A DNA stretch of 64,000 nucleotides from Eledone cirrhosa (GCA_964016885.1 OZ024748.1:6014001-6078000); one strand, 5' to 3'; counted from the stretch's first letter, positions 15,294 through 31,722 are shown. Notes: generated by a model not told the origin, from the sequence alone. Program-made: numbers and translations.

Positions 15294-15643
15294 CTATCTA
15301 TCTATATATATATATCTATATATATATATGTATATATATATGTATATGTATATACATATTATGTCATATTATTTTGTATTAAAATCAGTTGAATTCTATG
15401 CCTACAAAGAAACTGACAACAAAGAGCAATACAGAAAGATGGATATATTAGAATATATTTGATAAGAGGAGATACTTGTCAAAATTACAACTTGCATCTT
15501 TTCCTTAATCACACACAAACATACACAGGGTTACATGCATATATTTATATTTATACGCACATATATAGAAACATACACACACATACACATACAGATAGAT
15601 ACACGCACATACATACATTTATATATATATAAATATATATATT

Positions 15644-15690
<47 letters not shown>

Positions 15691-15925
15691 CATATGTATA
15701 TGTGTATATGTATATTTGTGGGGAGTGCGTGAGTGTGCATACATTATTTAACATTGTATTTTTAATATTTATCCCAATTTGTTTCATATTTATATATTTT
15801 CCCTTTCTCTCCCCATTTCACTACCTCTGTCTCTTTTTCTCACTCTGTAATTCTCTCATTTCAATTCACGTTTTCGTTGCTACTTTTTCCATTCACATTT
15901 CGTTGTATTTTTTTAATTATTCACA

Positions 15926-15999
<74 letters not shown>

Positions 16000-16039
16000 C
16001 TTACATATATATACATCGATATTTATTTATATATGTATA

Positions 16040-16102
<63 letters not shown>

Positions 16103-16145
16103 CATATAATGTATATGTATATATATATACAATATGTATATATAT

Positions 16146-16215
<70 letters not shown>

Positions 16216-16244
16216 ATATATATACATATTGTATATATACACAT

Positions 16245-16290
<46 letters not shown>

Positions 16291-16311
16291 ATATACATAT
16301 GTATATATATA

Positions 16312-16376
<65 letters not shown>

Positions 16377-17689
16377 TGTATATATATATCTCCTCATTTC
16401 CTCTGTTGTATTATTCCATCCTTCTTTTGCATTACATTGTCATCTTTCACGCTTAGAGTTATCTAATCTTCTTATCTTAGGTTTGGTCTACACACAATGG
16501 TAAGAATATTGAAACTTCCCAAGGGGATTTCTATATAACAGATCGATATCGATTTCAATAATTGTTAAATTTTCATTGTGTCGAATCAACTTTCTCTTTC
16601 TGCGTCTCTTTTATTTATTTTTTTAGAATTATCTCTTTTTTGTATATTTTTTATATTGTTTCCATTCGTTTATTTATTATTATTATATTTTTATATTATT
16701 AGTTTATCTTTATATTATATTTATATTATTTTTATATTATTTTTATATTATTTTTATATTATTTTTATATTGTTTTTATATTATTTTTATATTATTTTTA
16801 TATTATTTTTATATTATTTTTGTATTAATTTTATATTATAGTTATATTATTTTTATATTATTTTTATATCATTTTTATATTATTTTTATATAATCATTCC
16901 TTCTTCAATTAATTCATTTCATTGATTCCTTCACTCATTATGGCTTTCTAGCTTATTCTTTTTCTTTCGGGTTTTTATTCTAATTCGTCTTTCTTCTTAT
17001 TTCTTTGTTTGATTATTATTTTATTTTATTCCATTTTTTTTTCAGTCATTCTCTCTTTCTCTATTTTATGTTTCTTTTCTTTCAATTTTATATCTTTCTA
17101 GTTTTCTATTTTATTTTATAACTTTTAAAATAAATTCCTTCATTTGATTAAATCGTTCTCGCGTTTGATTACTTTCTTTGCCTATATTTATTTTTAAATG
17201 AATCCTCATTCATTATCTTTCTTTTATTTCACATTCATTGATTCCCTCATTTGATTACTTCATTTTCTTTATTTTCCTTCTTCCATTTCCTGCAATCGTT
17301 TCATTTTGATTCGTATTGTTTCATTTTCATTCTACTGATTTTCTTCGTTATTTCCTTCATTCCAATTTTCGTTTTATTCATTCATTTCATTGATTCTCTC
17401 ATTCTCACTTTATTACTTTTCTCATACACTGATTTTAATCTCACATAATATCTTTGTTTTATATTCAGTTAAAACTATTTTGTATTATATTGTATTTATA
17501 TCTTTTTATTATATATTTATATCTTTTATTTATCCTTTATTTATTTATTTGTTATATATCTATATCTTTTATTTTATACTTTATTTATTTATTATTCCCA
17601 CTCCTTCATTATTTGTCCTTCACTCCTTTTATGTTCTTTCGTTATTTCATTGTTTTTATATTTTAAATATATTATATATATAATATATA

Positions 17690-17970
17690 TTATATATACG
17701 TTATATATATAATTGTTAAATTTATGTTAGATTTCATTCATATATACATTCAATTTTTGTCATTCCTTCGTTCTTCCTTTATTACTATAATATCTTATAT
17801 ATATTATATATTTGTTATGTTTTAAGTTCATGGTATATTTCATTCATATATACATTCAGTTTTTTCATTCCTTCGTTCTTCCATTGTTGCTATAATATCT
17901 TATATATATTATATATTTATTGTTAAATTCCTGGTATATTTCATTCATATATACATTCGTTTTTCATTCC
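17690..17970. repeat. AT-rich tandem repeat, about 105-120-bp unit, 3 copies
   Basis: atttcattcatatatacattc...cattccttc recurs near 17731, 17837 and 17938. Confidence 0.7.
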
Positions 17971-18084
17971 TTCCCGCTTCTTTTCTCACACTCCATTAAC
18001 TTATCTGCCCTTACGTTTCTGTCGGTCGTTCATTTCTCTTTTATATGTAGGTGTCATCTAATTTCTATTATTTTTATTGACTTT

Positions 18085-18262
18085 GCAGTATCGGTAGAGG
18101 GTCGGATGCCATTTCTGCAGCATAGAGTTACGCCTTTTTACGGTACGAGTTCAATACTCCCCGAGGTTAGTTTTGCCTTTCATCCTTACGGGGTCGATAA
18201 AATAAAGTACCAGTAGTGCACGAGGACAATTGCTGGCCTTGTGCCCAAAGTAGAAACAATTA
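18085..18262 (+). mobile_element. tRNA-derived SINE
   Basis: Homologous to the 11043 copy. Confidence 0.85.
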
Positions 18263-18646
18263 TTTGTATCGACATTTTTTATTTGCCATTAGTTTTCATT
18301 CTCTCATTAACTCATTCATAAAATCATATGCTTATTCATGTTATTTAATGTATTGTTCCTTCAAATTAATGATTACTAAAATCATTCACTCATCTATTAC
18401 TTCATTCTCATAATTTTCATTCTTTTTAAAATTCTGCTTGTATTTTTACTTATAATTCTTATTTAGTTATAAATATATTCCTTCAAATATTCATTCATTA
18501 ACTATTTGAATCATTTGATTACCTTTCAAATCTTTTATATATTTAATTATGTATTTTATATATTTTTACACAGTCATTCAATGCTATCTTATATTTCTTC
18601 ACATTTTATTTATTTTTAACAATAATCCATATTATTTCTTTTTATT

Positions 18647-18751
18647 TGCCGAGGTTAACTTTGCCTTTCATCCTTACAGGGTCGATAAAATAAAGTACCA
18701 GTAATACATTGGGATAATTGATAGCCTTGCGCCAAGAGTAGAATCAATTAT
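18647..18751 (+). mobile_element. tRNA-derived SINE, 3' half
   Basis: gccgaggttaactttgcctttcatcc...gtaccagtaatac...aattat. Confidence 0.85.
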
Positions 18752-18888
18752 TTCTTTATATTTTTATTTATTCATTCGTTTTTACTTATGCAGTGATTAT
18801 TTCCCTTTCTCATAATAATCCTGAATACATTCATTTTAATTCAATTTAATTTCATTTCATTTTATATCATTATAATTTGTTAGCATCT

Positions 18889-19076
18889 AGGGCGGTGGAT
18901 TGGCAGTATCGGGTCGGACGCCATGCTTTCCAGCAAAGAGTTACGGCCCTTTACCGTCTGAGTTCAAATCCCGCCGAGGTTAACTTTGCCTTTCATCCTT
19001 ACGGGGTCGGTAAAATAAAGTACCAGTAATACACTGGGATAATTGCTGGCCTTGTACCAAAAGTAAAATCAATTAT
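18889..19076 (+). mobile_element. tRNA-derived SINE, full length, followed by a decayed copy at about 19095-19170
   Basis: agggcggtggattggcagtatc start, B box gagttcaaatcc, conserved body and tail. Confidence 0.9.
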
Positions 19077-19341
19077 ATTTTGATTGAAACTGGTTCTTTA
19101 CTTTCTGAGTTCAAATCCTGTCGAGAGTAACTTCGCCCTTCATACACCCGGAGTCCATGTAGTAAAGTATCGTTCATGTTGTAAAGTATCGTCCATGTAG
19201 TAAAGTATTGTTCAATTAGTTAACCGCCATGATGCATATGGCCTCCAAATTACTGACCCCTGCCTAAATAAGAATACATTAATTTTAATTATTTTTTTCT
19301 TTTAGTCTTTTAATTCATTTTATTCAATCCTTAATTCGTTC

Positions 19342-19508
19342 GTGGTGGTGGTGGTGGGGATGGTGGTCGTGGTGGTTTTGGTGGCGCTGGTGGCGCTGGT
19401 GCTGGTGGTGATGGTGGTGTTCGCGTTGGTGGATGTATTTGTAGCAGTAGTAGTAGTAGTAGCAGCAACAGTAGTAGTGTTAGTAGTAGCAACAACTCTA
19501 GAAGTAGT

Positions 19509-19588
<80 letters not shown>

Positions 19589-19610
19589 CAGCAGCAGCAG
19601 TAGCAGCAGC

Positions 19611-19683
<73 letters not shown>

Positions 19684-20315
19684 ATTGGGTGCAATTTTAC
19701 AAAGTATCACTATTATCATCCTTACTTTAATTATTATAAAATTAATATTATTAAAGTCAGTTTTATTTTTAATATTTTCGCCATTTTTAACATTCCCTTT
19801 CTAATCAGTTTCATCTCATTAGACTTCTTCCTTATCGTCATCATCATCTTTATTATCAACATCGGGATCTTCTTCGCCATCATCATCACCATCACCATCA
19901 TTATCACCATCATCACCATCATCATTGTCATCAACATTATCACCATCATCAGCAGCATTATCACCATCAGCATCATTATCATCATCATCGTCGTCATCAT
20001 CACCATCATCGTCATTATCATCATCATTTTCATCATCCTCAACAGCAAAACCAAGATCATCTTCATCATAATCATCTTCCTCATCATCATCATCATCATC
20101 ATCAACATCATCATCACCATCATCATCATCATCAACACCACCACCATCATCATCATCATTATCATCATCATCAACACTAGCACCAATCATCATCATCATC
20201 ATCATCGTCATTATCATTGACAACATCGTCATCATCCTCATCTTCATCATCCTCTTCATCATCATCATTATCATCAACATCAACATCAACATCTCCAATA
20301 TCATCATTCTCATCA
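19342..20315. repeat. (GGT)n, (GTA/GCA)n and (CAT)n microsatellite complex
   Basis: Directly visible. Confidence 0.85.
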
Positions 20316-20387
20316 TATGATACTCTGAAAATATCGTTGCTTTTGACAGTGTAGTTTAAATGAGCGCCAACTCGATAAATAAATGTA

Positions 20388-20438
<51 letters not shown>

Positions 20439-20895
20439 ATGTATAAATAATAAAATAAATATATAAATAAATATATAAATAAATAAATAAGCAAATAAGA
20501 AAACAAACAAATATATTAATTAATGAATAAAATAATATGTAAAAAAAAAAAACGCATGAACAAAGAACGAATGAATACAAATTAAAAAAAAAAAAGTAGG
20601 AAAATGAAAAATGTAAAATATAATATATAAAAATATTTAAGATATTGTAAATAAAAATATATAAATTATTGTCTGGAATATTCTTATAATTCGAGGGACA
20701 AAACGAAAGTTTTCTGGTTTCTTCAGTGAATATTTTGATTAGCCAAGAAGACCAATATGTTATATTGTCATGAAAAATGAAGAAGGCATTGAAATGTATA
20801 TATTTTTTATAGATTACTTGTATATTTTCGTTGTTATTTATGTATTTATAGTTATGATGAACGTCCTTGCATATATGAATATGCGTGCATGCATG

Positions 20896-21066
<171 letters not shown>

Positions 21067-21078
21067 TATATATATGTG

Positions 21079-21147
<69 letters not shown>

Positions 21148-21417
21148 GACACACAACATACATATATAAACAGACATATATATTGGCACACAAACATGCA
21201 TATATTTATATATAGACCAATGTATATATGTTGTATACATAAACAATGGATCTACAAAGGATGCCGACGTCTTTCAAATGTTAAAGAATCTAATGTCTTT
21301 TCACAAAGAGAAGAAACATCTCGGTTAAAGAAATCAACGAACATGAGAGAGAAAGGTGGAAGTAGGAGGGGAGAGAGGGCGCAAGTGCGAAAGTGAAAGA
21401 GGGAGGGAGATAGATAG

Positions 21418-21504
<87 letters not shown>

Positions 21505-21540
21505 GAGAGAGAGAGACCAAGTGCGAAAGTAAAAGAGGGG

Positions 21541-21580
<40 letters not shown>

Positions 21581-21636
21581 TATAAATAGATAGATATACA
21601 GACAGATAGATAGATAGAGAGAGAGAGGGGCAGAGT

Positions 21637-21674
<38 letters not shown>

Positions 21675-22278
21675 TATATAGATAGAGAGAGAGAGAGGGA
21701 AGGAAAGAGAGAAAGAGAGAAATAGAGAGAGTGTGAGAGAGAGAGCGAGAGAGAAAGAGAGAGAGAAAGTGAGAGAGGGAGACAAAGAGACAGAGAAACC
21801 AATAGAGATTCAAAACCGAGGAATGTAGAATGATATACGATAGACAGATAGGTAGATAGATAGATAGAGAGAGAGAGAGACAGAGAGAGAGAGAGAGGGA
21901 GTGAGAGAGAGAGAGAGGGAGAGAGAGAGACAGACAGAGAGACAGGGAGACAGAGAGAGAAATAGAGATTCAAAGAAACCGAGGAACGTAGGAGATACGA
22001 TAATGGGGGAGTGAAAGCATAAAAAGCAGTTCACTTTTACGCGACTTTTGCTTCTGTAAGTAAGTATGGATGCCATTTTGAATATTACTAAAAAAGGCAA
22101 AGTTTTGTTCTCCTCTTTGGTGTCTTACTGTTGTTGTGTTGATGCATTTATCATTCTTTTAGGAATTTATTTATATTATTTTATTATTTAACATATTATT
22201 TGAAATTTTTTTTTTAGCCTTTGAGTTTGAATTTCAATTTGTTTTCTTCTGAAATTTTAAACATAACTTTTTCCTTTC

Positions 22279-22377
<99 letters not shown>

Positions 22378-22595
22378 GTGATTGATTTATTATTAGTGTT
22401 GTAATTGAAATTATTATTATTCATTCATAGAGATTTTCATCACCATCATCACCATCATCTTCTTCTTCTTCTTCTTCTTCTTCTTCTTCTTCTTCTTCTT
22501 CTTCTTCTTCTTCTTCTTCTTCTTCTTCTTCTTCTTCTTCTTCTTCTTCTTCTTCTTCTTCTTCTTCTTCTTTCATTTTAGTCTGAGAGGAATTA

Positions 22596-22643
<48 letters not shown>

Positions 22644-24825
22644 ATATACATACCCTATATATATATATATATATGTGTGTGTATATATACATACCCTCAC
22701 CACATATATATGTATATATACACCTATTCATAAGTGTATGCAAACATATGGATAAGCGTACTTATATGTATATACATCCATAGTTACCTGAATACATATA
22801 TGTATATATATATATATTTGTGTAAGTGTGTGTGAATCTCTTTGTGTTTGTGTGTGTGTGTGTGTGTATGTGAGTATATGTATGTATGTATATCGTGTCT
22901 GGTTGAGCATGCAGGGGTTTGGACGAACACACAAAAGTATAAATAGATAGGCAGATAGATCGATATGCAAAACGATAGATAGATGGATGGAGAGATTGAC
23001 TGAGAGCGCCTGAGAGTGAGTGACATAAAGAGATTGAGTACAAACAGAAGAGGTAATGGTTGGTGGGGACGGAGAACATATTTGATCATTGAAAAAGAGA
23101 AATGGGAATTTTAAATTTCCAATATATAATCAAAATTTCAAACATTAAGTTTTCTTTTAGAAATATTTTCAATTGAAGAAATCGAGAATTGAAATAATTT
23201 ATGACTTCTTACATAATATTGATTACAAATAACAGATCTAATTCACAAAATCAGGGGACTTGGCTCTTTCATCACGCGTTATTTGTCACAGATATCTTAA
23301 ATATCGTACATATAAACATTACAGTGGCGAGCCAATGCATGTTATAAAATTACCACTACATTGCACTTCTGGTGCTTTTAGTTCAGCCAATGATCGACTT
23401 TAAAGTAGAGCAGATATGTTCCTTCAAATCACACTTGAGTGTCATACAAAAATAATGAAGGACATTATTGATATACTATTTTGGATATAAAAATAAATAA
23501 ATAAGTGAAAGGTACCGAAATGAAAAATAAAGGTACAAGATAAAGTTCATAAGAGTGGACGAATTAGAGTGTGTTCTGTTTTACTATTCCCAGTGCCAAA
23601 GCAGCCAATATACTAAAGCTGTGTGATCCTTTGTGAGTCACTTTGATCCAGTAGGTCCCAGTATTCCTTATATGAATTTACGAATTGTGTCTCCGTTCAC
23701 TGAGACAAAAAGAAGATATATACATATTGATCAGACCTTATGAAAGCATCAACAACACCGTGACCCTATTATATATATAATTTATTAATAATTCTAAACG
23801 TGTCCTTTTGGAAGTGTATGTGATAGTAAAAGTTTAACTATATTTAGGTAGGTACGAACAACGTTTAGGAGAGCAAGCAGTTAAATCATGAGAGTCAACA
23901 ACAGAGATATCATGAGGTGAATAATAAGGGAGAACAAAGCACGAATCTGTTGAGAAAATATCCCCACAAAATACATAAACAGAGTGGGCAAAGGGGAAAT
24001 ATTTATGCCAAATCGTAAAAGAAGAAACGCTGTGACGTTTTGGTTTAAAATTGTTATCGAAGTAGAGTAAGAAAATGAAAAGAATTAGATTTACTAACAA
24101 GTGTTGGAATGATACCAAGTTGGAGAGCGATGTATAGAATAAAAATAATACTTCAATGGACAAACGAACAATATATTTCTTAAACATACACACACACATA
24201 CACACAGACACATATATATACACACATATATATATATATAAGCGTGTATGTATGTGTGTATATGTGTGTATGTGCACATGTGCGTGTCTTGATGTATTTT
24301 TTCTTCCTCTATTCATCGCTATAGCCCAAATAACGGAAATTAGAAACTATGATTAACAATTTATGAAGTTTTCATTTTGCAATAAATATAATATATATAA
24401 CTATATTTTCTGTATTGAGTACTTTCTTATTACATCTTTGATCAACATATTTGTGTTCAACAACACAGAGACACACACACAGATACACACGTGGACACAC
24501 ACATATGTGTATATATATATATGTATATATATATATGTGTATATATATATATAATATGAATATGAAAAATTATAATTACCGTAATTATGAGAGGTGCAAA
24601 CACAGGTGTGACGTCAATAGTGACAACAACAATAATATAAACAATACCAACAATAACAACAATAACAAAACAGAAAAAGACCATAGCAATAAAAACAGAA
24701 ACAAACAATAACATCAACAACAGGAAATGCTTCCAGTACAGTATTCATAACGACAGAGAGATATCTGAATAGGAAGAATTCAATCAAAATATTCGCATCC
24801 TGAAATTTCTTTTGGTTCATTCTTC

Positions 24826-24897
<72 letters not shown>

Positions 24898-24908
24898 TTA
24901 TATATATA

Positions 24909-25030
<122 letters not shown>

Positions 25031-25061
25031 AATATATATAAATGTGTGTGAGTGTATGTAC

Positions 25062-25181
<120 letters not shown>

Positions 25182-26125
25182 TACGTGGGTGGGGCGGTGG
25201 CGGTTCTCTCTGTACGTAGGTGTGTGTGTGCGTGTATGTGTGTGTATGTGAGTATATGTCAGCGAGGGTGAGTGTAAGTGATTGTCTGAAAAGGAGACGA
25301 TATTAATAATTGGCAATAAAAATAATAATAATTATAATAATATTAATAATAATAATCACGACAACAAGGAAAACGATGCCAAAATTAATATAAAGCGAAT
25401 ATTATAGAAATAAACGTAGTATACATAAATACACACACACGCGCTCATATATATATACATATAAATAATATATATATAGCATATGTGTGTGTTTGTATAC
25501 ATATATATGTGTATGAAATAGTAGAAAATATTATTAATAAAAATATTAATAAGAATAATTCCATAAAATAGTCAAACACACCACAGAACACATACTTCAC
25601 ACAGCTAAAGACCACACACAACACACAACTCACAACACACAACTCACAACACACCACACGACGTACCATACGCCATCTAAAAAAGAAATATAAATAAAAT
25701 ATAAAAATACTAAAAACTTTTGTAGCTTGTCATGATGAAGGTCTGAAGCGGATTTTTAATTAAAGGAGGAAAAAAAAAACTATATTTTTGAGGTTTATTC
25801 GTTGACGTTTGTGATGGTTAAATTGTGATGTTAAAGATTACTGGACTAATTCTTGCCCCAGACAAAAAAATACGCCATTTTTATTTTATTTTATTTTGTA
25901 TTTGTGTGTGTGGCCACTCATATCAAAGTAAACAAAAATTAATTTACACAGAAAAAAAAAAATATAATATACCTAAATAAATATATAAAATAATATATAT
26001 AAATAAAATTTGAAATGTCTTTGCAGGAAATCAAAAAATAATATTAATAATAGTAATAAAAAACTAATAGAAAAATACAGGAAAAGAAAAATGAATCTGT
26101 GTTGGTGTCTGTGAAGGAACGATAT

Positions 26126-26237
<112 letters not shown>

Positions 26238-26412
26238 ATATGTATATGTATATATATATATGTGTGCATATATATATGCATATACATATATATATATATG
26301 TATATGCATATATATATATACATATATATGTACATATATATATGTATATATATATGCATATACATATATATATATATGCATATACATATATATATATGTA
26401 TATATATATATG

Positions 26413-26483
<71 letters not shown>

Positions 26484-26679
26484 CGTTCACAGTGGTTTTA
26501 TGTCTGTCATTTTCATTTCTCTGTGTGTGAATGATTCTTTCGTCCTTATACACTCATAGCAGACAGTTAGACAGAGAAACAGACGACACGACAAATTGAG
26601 AGTCTGACAGGCAGACAGTCAGACAGACAGACTCTCCAGGGCTTCAACCAATAGATGATCGTAAGAATGGAATTTAGTA

Positions 26680-27790
26680 ACGGTGGAGGTGGTGGTGAGG
26701 GTGGCGGTACAGGTCGACCTGGTCGTTGTGGTACTGGTGGTGGTGGTGGTGGTGGTGGTGGTGGTGGTAATGGTGATGATGATTGTGGTACTGGTGGTGC
26801 TGATGGTGCTGTACTTGGTGGTGGCAGTGGTAGTAGTGGTGGTGGTGGTGGTGGTAATGGTGATGATGGTTGTGGTACTGGTGGTGGTGATGGTGCTGTA
26901 CTTGGTGGTGGCAGTGGTAGTAGTGGTGGTGGTGGTGGTGGTAATGGTGATGATGGTTGTGGTACTGGTGGTGGTGGTGATGGTGTTGTACGTGGTGGTG
27001 GTAGTAGTGGTGGTGGTGGTGGTGGTGGTGGTAATGGTGATGATGGTTGTGGTACTGGTGGTGGTGGTGGTGATGATGGTGTTGTACGTGGTGGTGGTAG
27101 TAGTGGTGGTGGTGGTGGGATGGTGATGATGGTTGTGGTACTGGTGGTGGTGATGGTGCTGTACGTGGTGGTAGTGGTGGTAGTAGTGGTGGTGGTGGTA
27201 ATGGTGATGATGGTTGTGGTACTGGTGGGGGTGGTGGTGATGATGGTGTTGTACGTGGAGGTGATAGTGCTGGTGGTGGTAGAAGTGGTGGTGGTGGTGG
27301 TGGTGGTGGTGGTGGGAATGGTGATGATGGTTGTGGTACTGGTGGTGGTGGTGATGATGGTGCTGTTCGTGGTGGGGGTGACAGTGGTGATGGTGGTAGT
27401 GGTGAAGGTGGTAGTGCTGGTACTGGTGGTGCTGGTGGTGGTGGTGGTGGTGGTAGTGATGGTGGTGGTATTGGTGATGGTGGTGGTGCTGATGGTGGTA
27501 CTGTTCGTGGCGTTGACAATGGTAGTTATGATGGTGGTGGTGTTTGTGGTAGCCGGTACTGGTGCTGCTGGTGGTGGTGGTGGTGCTGGTGGTGGTGGTG
27601 GTGCTGGTTGTGGTACTAGTGGTGCTGGTGATGATGGTGGTGGTAGTGCTGGTGACGATGGTGATGGTGGTGGTTGTGGTACTGGTGGTGCTGGTGGTGG
27701 TGGTGTTGTTCGTGGTGTCGGTAGTGGTGGTGATGGTGGTGGTGGTGCTGGTGCTGGTGCTGGTGCTGGTGCTTGTGGTCATGGTGGTGT
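26680..27790. repeat. (GGT)-based minisatellite with about 60-66-bp higher-order units (gtaatggtgatgatggttgtggtactggtgg...)
   Basis: Directly visible; the unit drifts between reading frames. Confidence 0.85.
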
Positions 27791-28130
27791 TGATGATCTT
27801 CTGGATGATATCTTCGTGCTAATCATCTTGTCGACCTGAGGATCTAGTTGGCATTTTTGAAAATAATTATAAACTGTATTATAGAAACCATAGGCATCGC
27901 TTTATATGTGACATTGTTTGCAATGTTTGGTATTGCTGGCCACATGCAGGTCCCTGGAAGGACAAAAAAAAAGCCACGTCTGTGATGCTCATGGTTAAGT
28001 ATCAATTGATGGCATTACTCGAAATTGATTTACAACCATCATCATGTTTATATGTAAAAAGTAAACAGAACTATCAAAACAAACGGCACAGTATATGGAA
28101 GGAATATATTAGTTTAAGGCTTGAAATAAT

Positions 28131-28226
28131 TGAAACAGTTCTTGTCCTGTAGAAGCCACTTCTATATTAAATATTTATACTCTGCTATGTTTGAGTATCG
28201 TACTTTCCCCCGATTGAACTTGGGAT
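28131..28226 (+). mobile_element. PLE terminal-repeat fragment (family B): 3' half of hammerhead plus tail
   Basis: GAAA cag-ttcttgtc-ctg TA gaagc, then a tail matching the reverse complement of 41257-41345. Confidence 0.75.
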
Positions 28227-28235
28227 AGATTTATA

Positions 28236-28635
<400 letters not shown>

Positions 28636-28719
28636 TGTGATATCATACTCTCCTCTACGTGGCCATTGACTGCTCATACGGCCTACCGCATACGGACGCT
28701 TTAAGCATCCATCACCAAT

Positions 28720-28750
<31 letters not shown>

Positions 28751-28767
28751 CTGTGTGTGTGTGTGTG

Positions 28768-28820
<53 letters not shown>

Positions 28821-28929
28821 ATATATATAGATATATATAAGGGAACACCAGCTAATGCCAAATTACAGCGAAACGAATCCATAGAAGACGAGGGATAGAG
28901 AGAGAGAGGAATGAGAGAGAGTGATGTAT

Positions 28930-29590
28930 GGTAGATATATAGAGGGGGAGTGTTTGATGTTACTTGCTATAGAGAGGGGGATTGGAAGAGAGTTCCGTGT
29001 AGTAAATATAGAGAGTGGGAGAGTTTTGTGTTAATTGATATAGGGAAGAGGACTGTGAGAGAGTGTTGTGTTGTTGATGTAGAGAGAGGGAGAGTTTGGT
29101 GGTAATGTATAGAGTGAGAGCATAGATAGAGATATGTATTGACAGATATAGAGAGGGGGATAGTTTGATTGTGATGGATAGAGCGAGAAGAAATGTGAGA
29201 GAGTGTTGTATGGAAGATATGAAGAGAGGGATAGTTTGGTGGTAATTGATATAGAGAGAGGTTTGGAAGAGTGGGTTGTATATTAGACATAGGTGTGGGG
29301 GGGGAAGAGAGTTCGGTTAGTAGAAATACAGAGGGAGAGAGTTTGGTGTTAATTGATATAGAGAGGGGTTTGGAAGAGTGGGTTGTATATTAGACATAGA
29401 GTGGGGGGTGGAAGAGAGTTCCGGGTAGTAGAAATACAGAGGGAGAGAGTTTGGTGTTAATTGATATAGAGAGGGGTTTGGAAGAGTGGGTTGTATATTA
29501 GACATAGAGTCGGGGGTGGTGGGGGTGGAAGAGAGTTCCGGGTAGTAGAAATACAGAGGGAGAGGGTTTGGTGTTAATTGCTATAGAGAG
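28930..29590. repeat. GA-rich minisatellite, about 108-117-bp unit
   Basis: tagaaatacagagggagag recurs at 29321, 29429 and 29546, with more diverged units upstream. Confidence 0.8.
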
Positions 29591-29766
29591 GGTTCTTTTA
29601 CTCCCCAAACTACCAAAACACACGCTTTTTTTATATGCGCTACAATTGATGAAGCATATCGAAGATTTCTGACCATTTTAGAGTGTAAAAACCGACAATC
29701 ACTACAATTAAATTTAAATTGACCAAGTTTGGTCCCCCTAATTGAGAAATGCTTCCACCACCCCTC

Positions 29767-29882
<116 letters not shown>

Positions 29883-30390
29883 TTCTGTATGTGGGTCTCT
29901 GTCTGTGTGCACGTCTATGTAATTGTCATATTAGCTAGACTGCGTATATGACCGTGTATTTATGTGTGTGAAAATATGTATGAGAGTGCATATATGTGCT
30001 TATGTACATATGTATATATGTATGGGTGTACGTATATGCATGCGTATGTATATATATATTTATGTATACATACATGTATGTATGCGTGCATACATGTATG
30101 CAGGCATGTATGTATGTGTGCATGTATGTATGATTATATGTATGTATGTGTGTATGTATGTATCTATGTATGTATGTATGATTATATGTATCTATGTATG
30201 TATGTAAGTGTGTATGTATATAAGTATTTATGTAAGTATGTATGAGTGCATATATGTGTCTATATATGTATGTATGTATGTGTATATGTATGTTTGGATG
30301 TATCTATATATGTATGTATTTATGTATGTACGTGTTCATCTATATATGTATGTATGAATGTATGTATGTATCTATCTATGTATATACGTC

Positions 30391-30528
<138 letters not shown>

Positions 30529-31126
30529 TGAATGTATGTATGTATCTATCTATGCATATACGTATATATGTATATATATATATATATATATTTATATGTA
30601 TATATGTATGTATGCCTATATGTATCTATATATCTATGTATGTGTATATGTATGTTTGTATGTATCTATATATGTATGTATATATGTATATATGTATGTA
30701 TGTATGCCATTATGTCTATATGTATATATGTATGTATGTATCTATGTATCTATGTATATATGTATGTATATATGTATGCCTATATGTATTTATATATGTA
30801 TGCAGCGTTGGAGGAAGGGGGGAGAAGTAGATAGACCACAATGGCGATGTCTTTGATGTATTGACAAAACAACACAAAACAACAACACAACAACATAAAA
30901 AAACAACAGCTAACTATATCAGGGCGTTTATTGATCCGGTCGCTCTTATCCTTCACTAGTAAAATTCATTAAAACTAGACATCAACTCATTGGCAAGTAA
31001 TAGAAGACGATTGAATTTATCGATAAAAATTATTGTTGTTGTACATCTTGTCGTCGTTCTCATTGTTGTTGCTGTTGGTGTTGTTGTCGTTGTCGTTATT
31101 TCATTATTATTATTATAAAATTATTA

Positions 31127-31262
<136 letters not shown>

Positions 31263-31364
31263 TATTAATATTATTGTTATTATTCATGAAAATTATAAGG
31301 ATAAGAGTAAGAATAAGAAAATATATATGAAGTAAAAAGTAATCGATGACTATGTATACACATG

Positions 31365-31396
<32 letters not shown>

Positions 31397-31722
31397 TACA
31401 CACGCATGCATATATATATATATATATGGGTGTGTGTGTGTGTGTGTGTGTGTGTGAGTTTGTCTGTGTACATATATATATGTCTGTATATAGCATATAT
31501 GTATATAAATATATGTAATAATGAGTTGCATAGATATATGTGAATGCGTGTGTGTGTTCGTGTGTGTGTGTGCGTGTGTTTGTAGTTGCATGTGTGTGTG
31601 AGTGTTTATATAAGTATATGTGTGTACATATGCGTGTGTATGAAGGGATGAAACCTTCATACCCGACACACAAAACATGTTTTATTGGGGAAGTTTTTGT
31701 TGTTTTAAGCACATCACACACA

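Noticed and set aside
20690-20732. Minus-strand CTGAAGA aacca GAAA
   Set aside because: No stem II and no matching stem I.
23066-23076. miR-184-like ggacggagaac (also miR-31-like ggcaagatg at about 40838)
   Set aside because: Partial matches without a hairpin.
26619-27839. Gly-rich, His-rich and Thr-rich ORFs resembling cephalopod structural proteins
   Set aside because: The same repeat unit switches frame mid-ORF (G-rich to V-rich and back), which indicates a non-coding repeat.
27780-27890. Possible minus-strand exon after the acceptor-like tttctataatacag (similar site at about 40113)
   Set aside because: Frames stop quickly or run into repeats; no recognisable protein or donor site.
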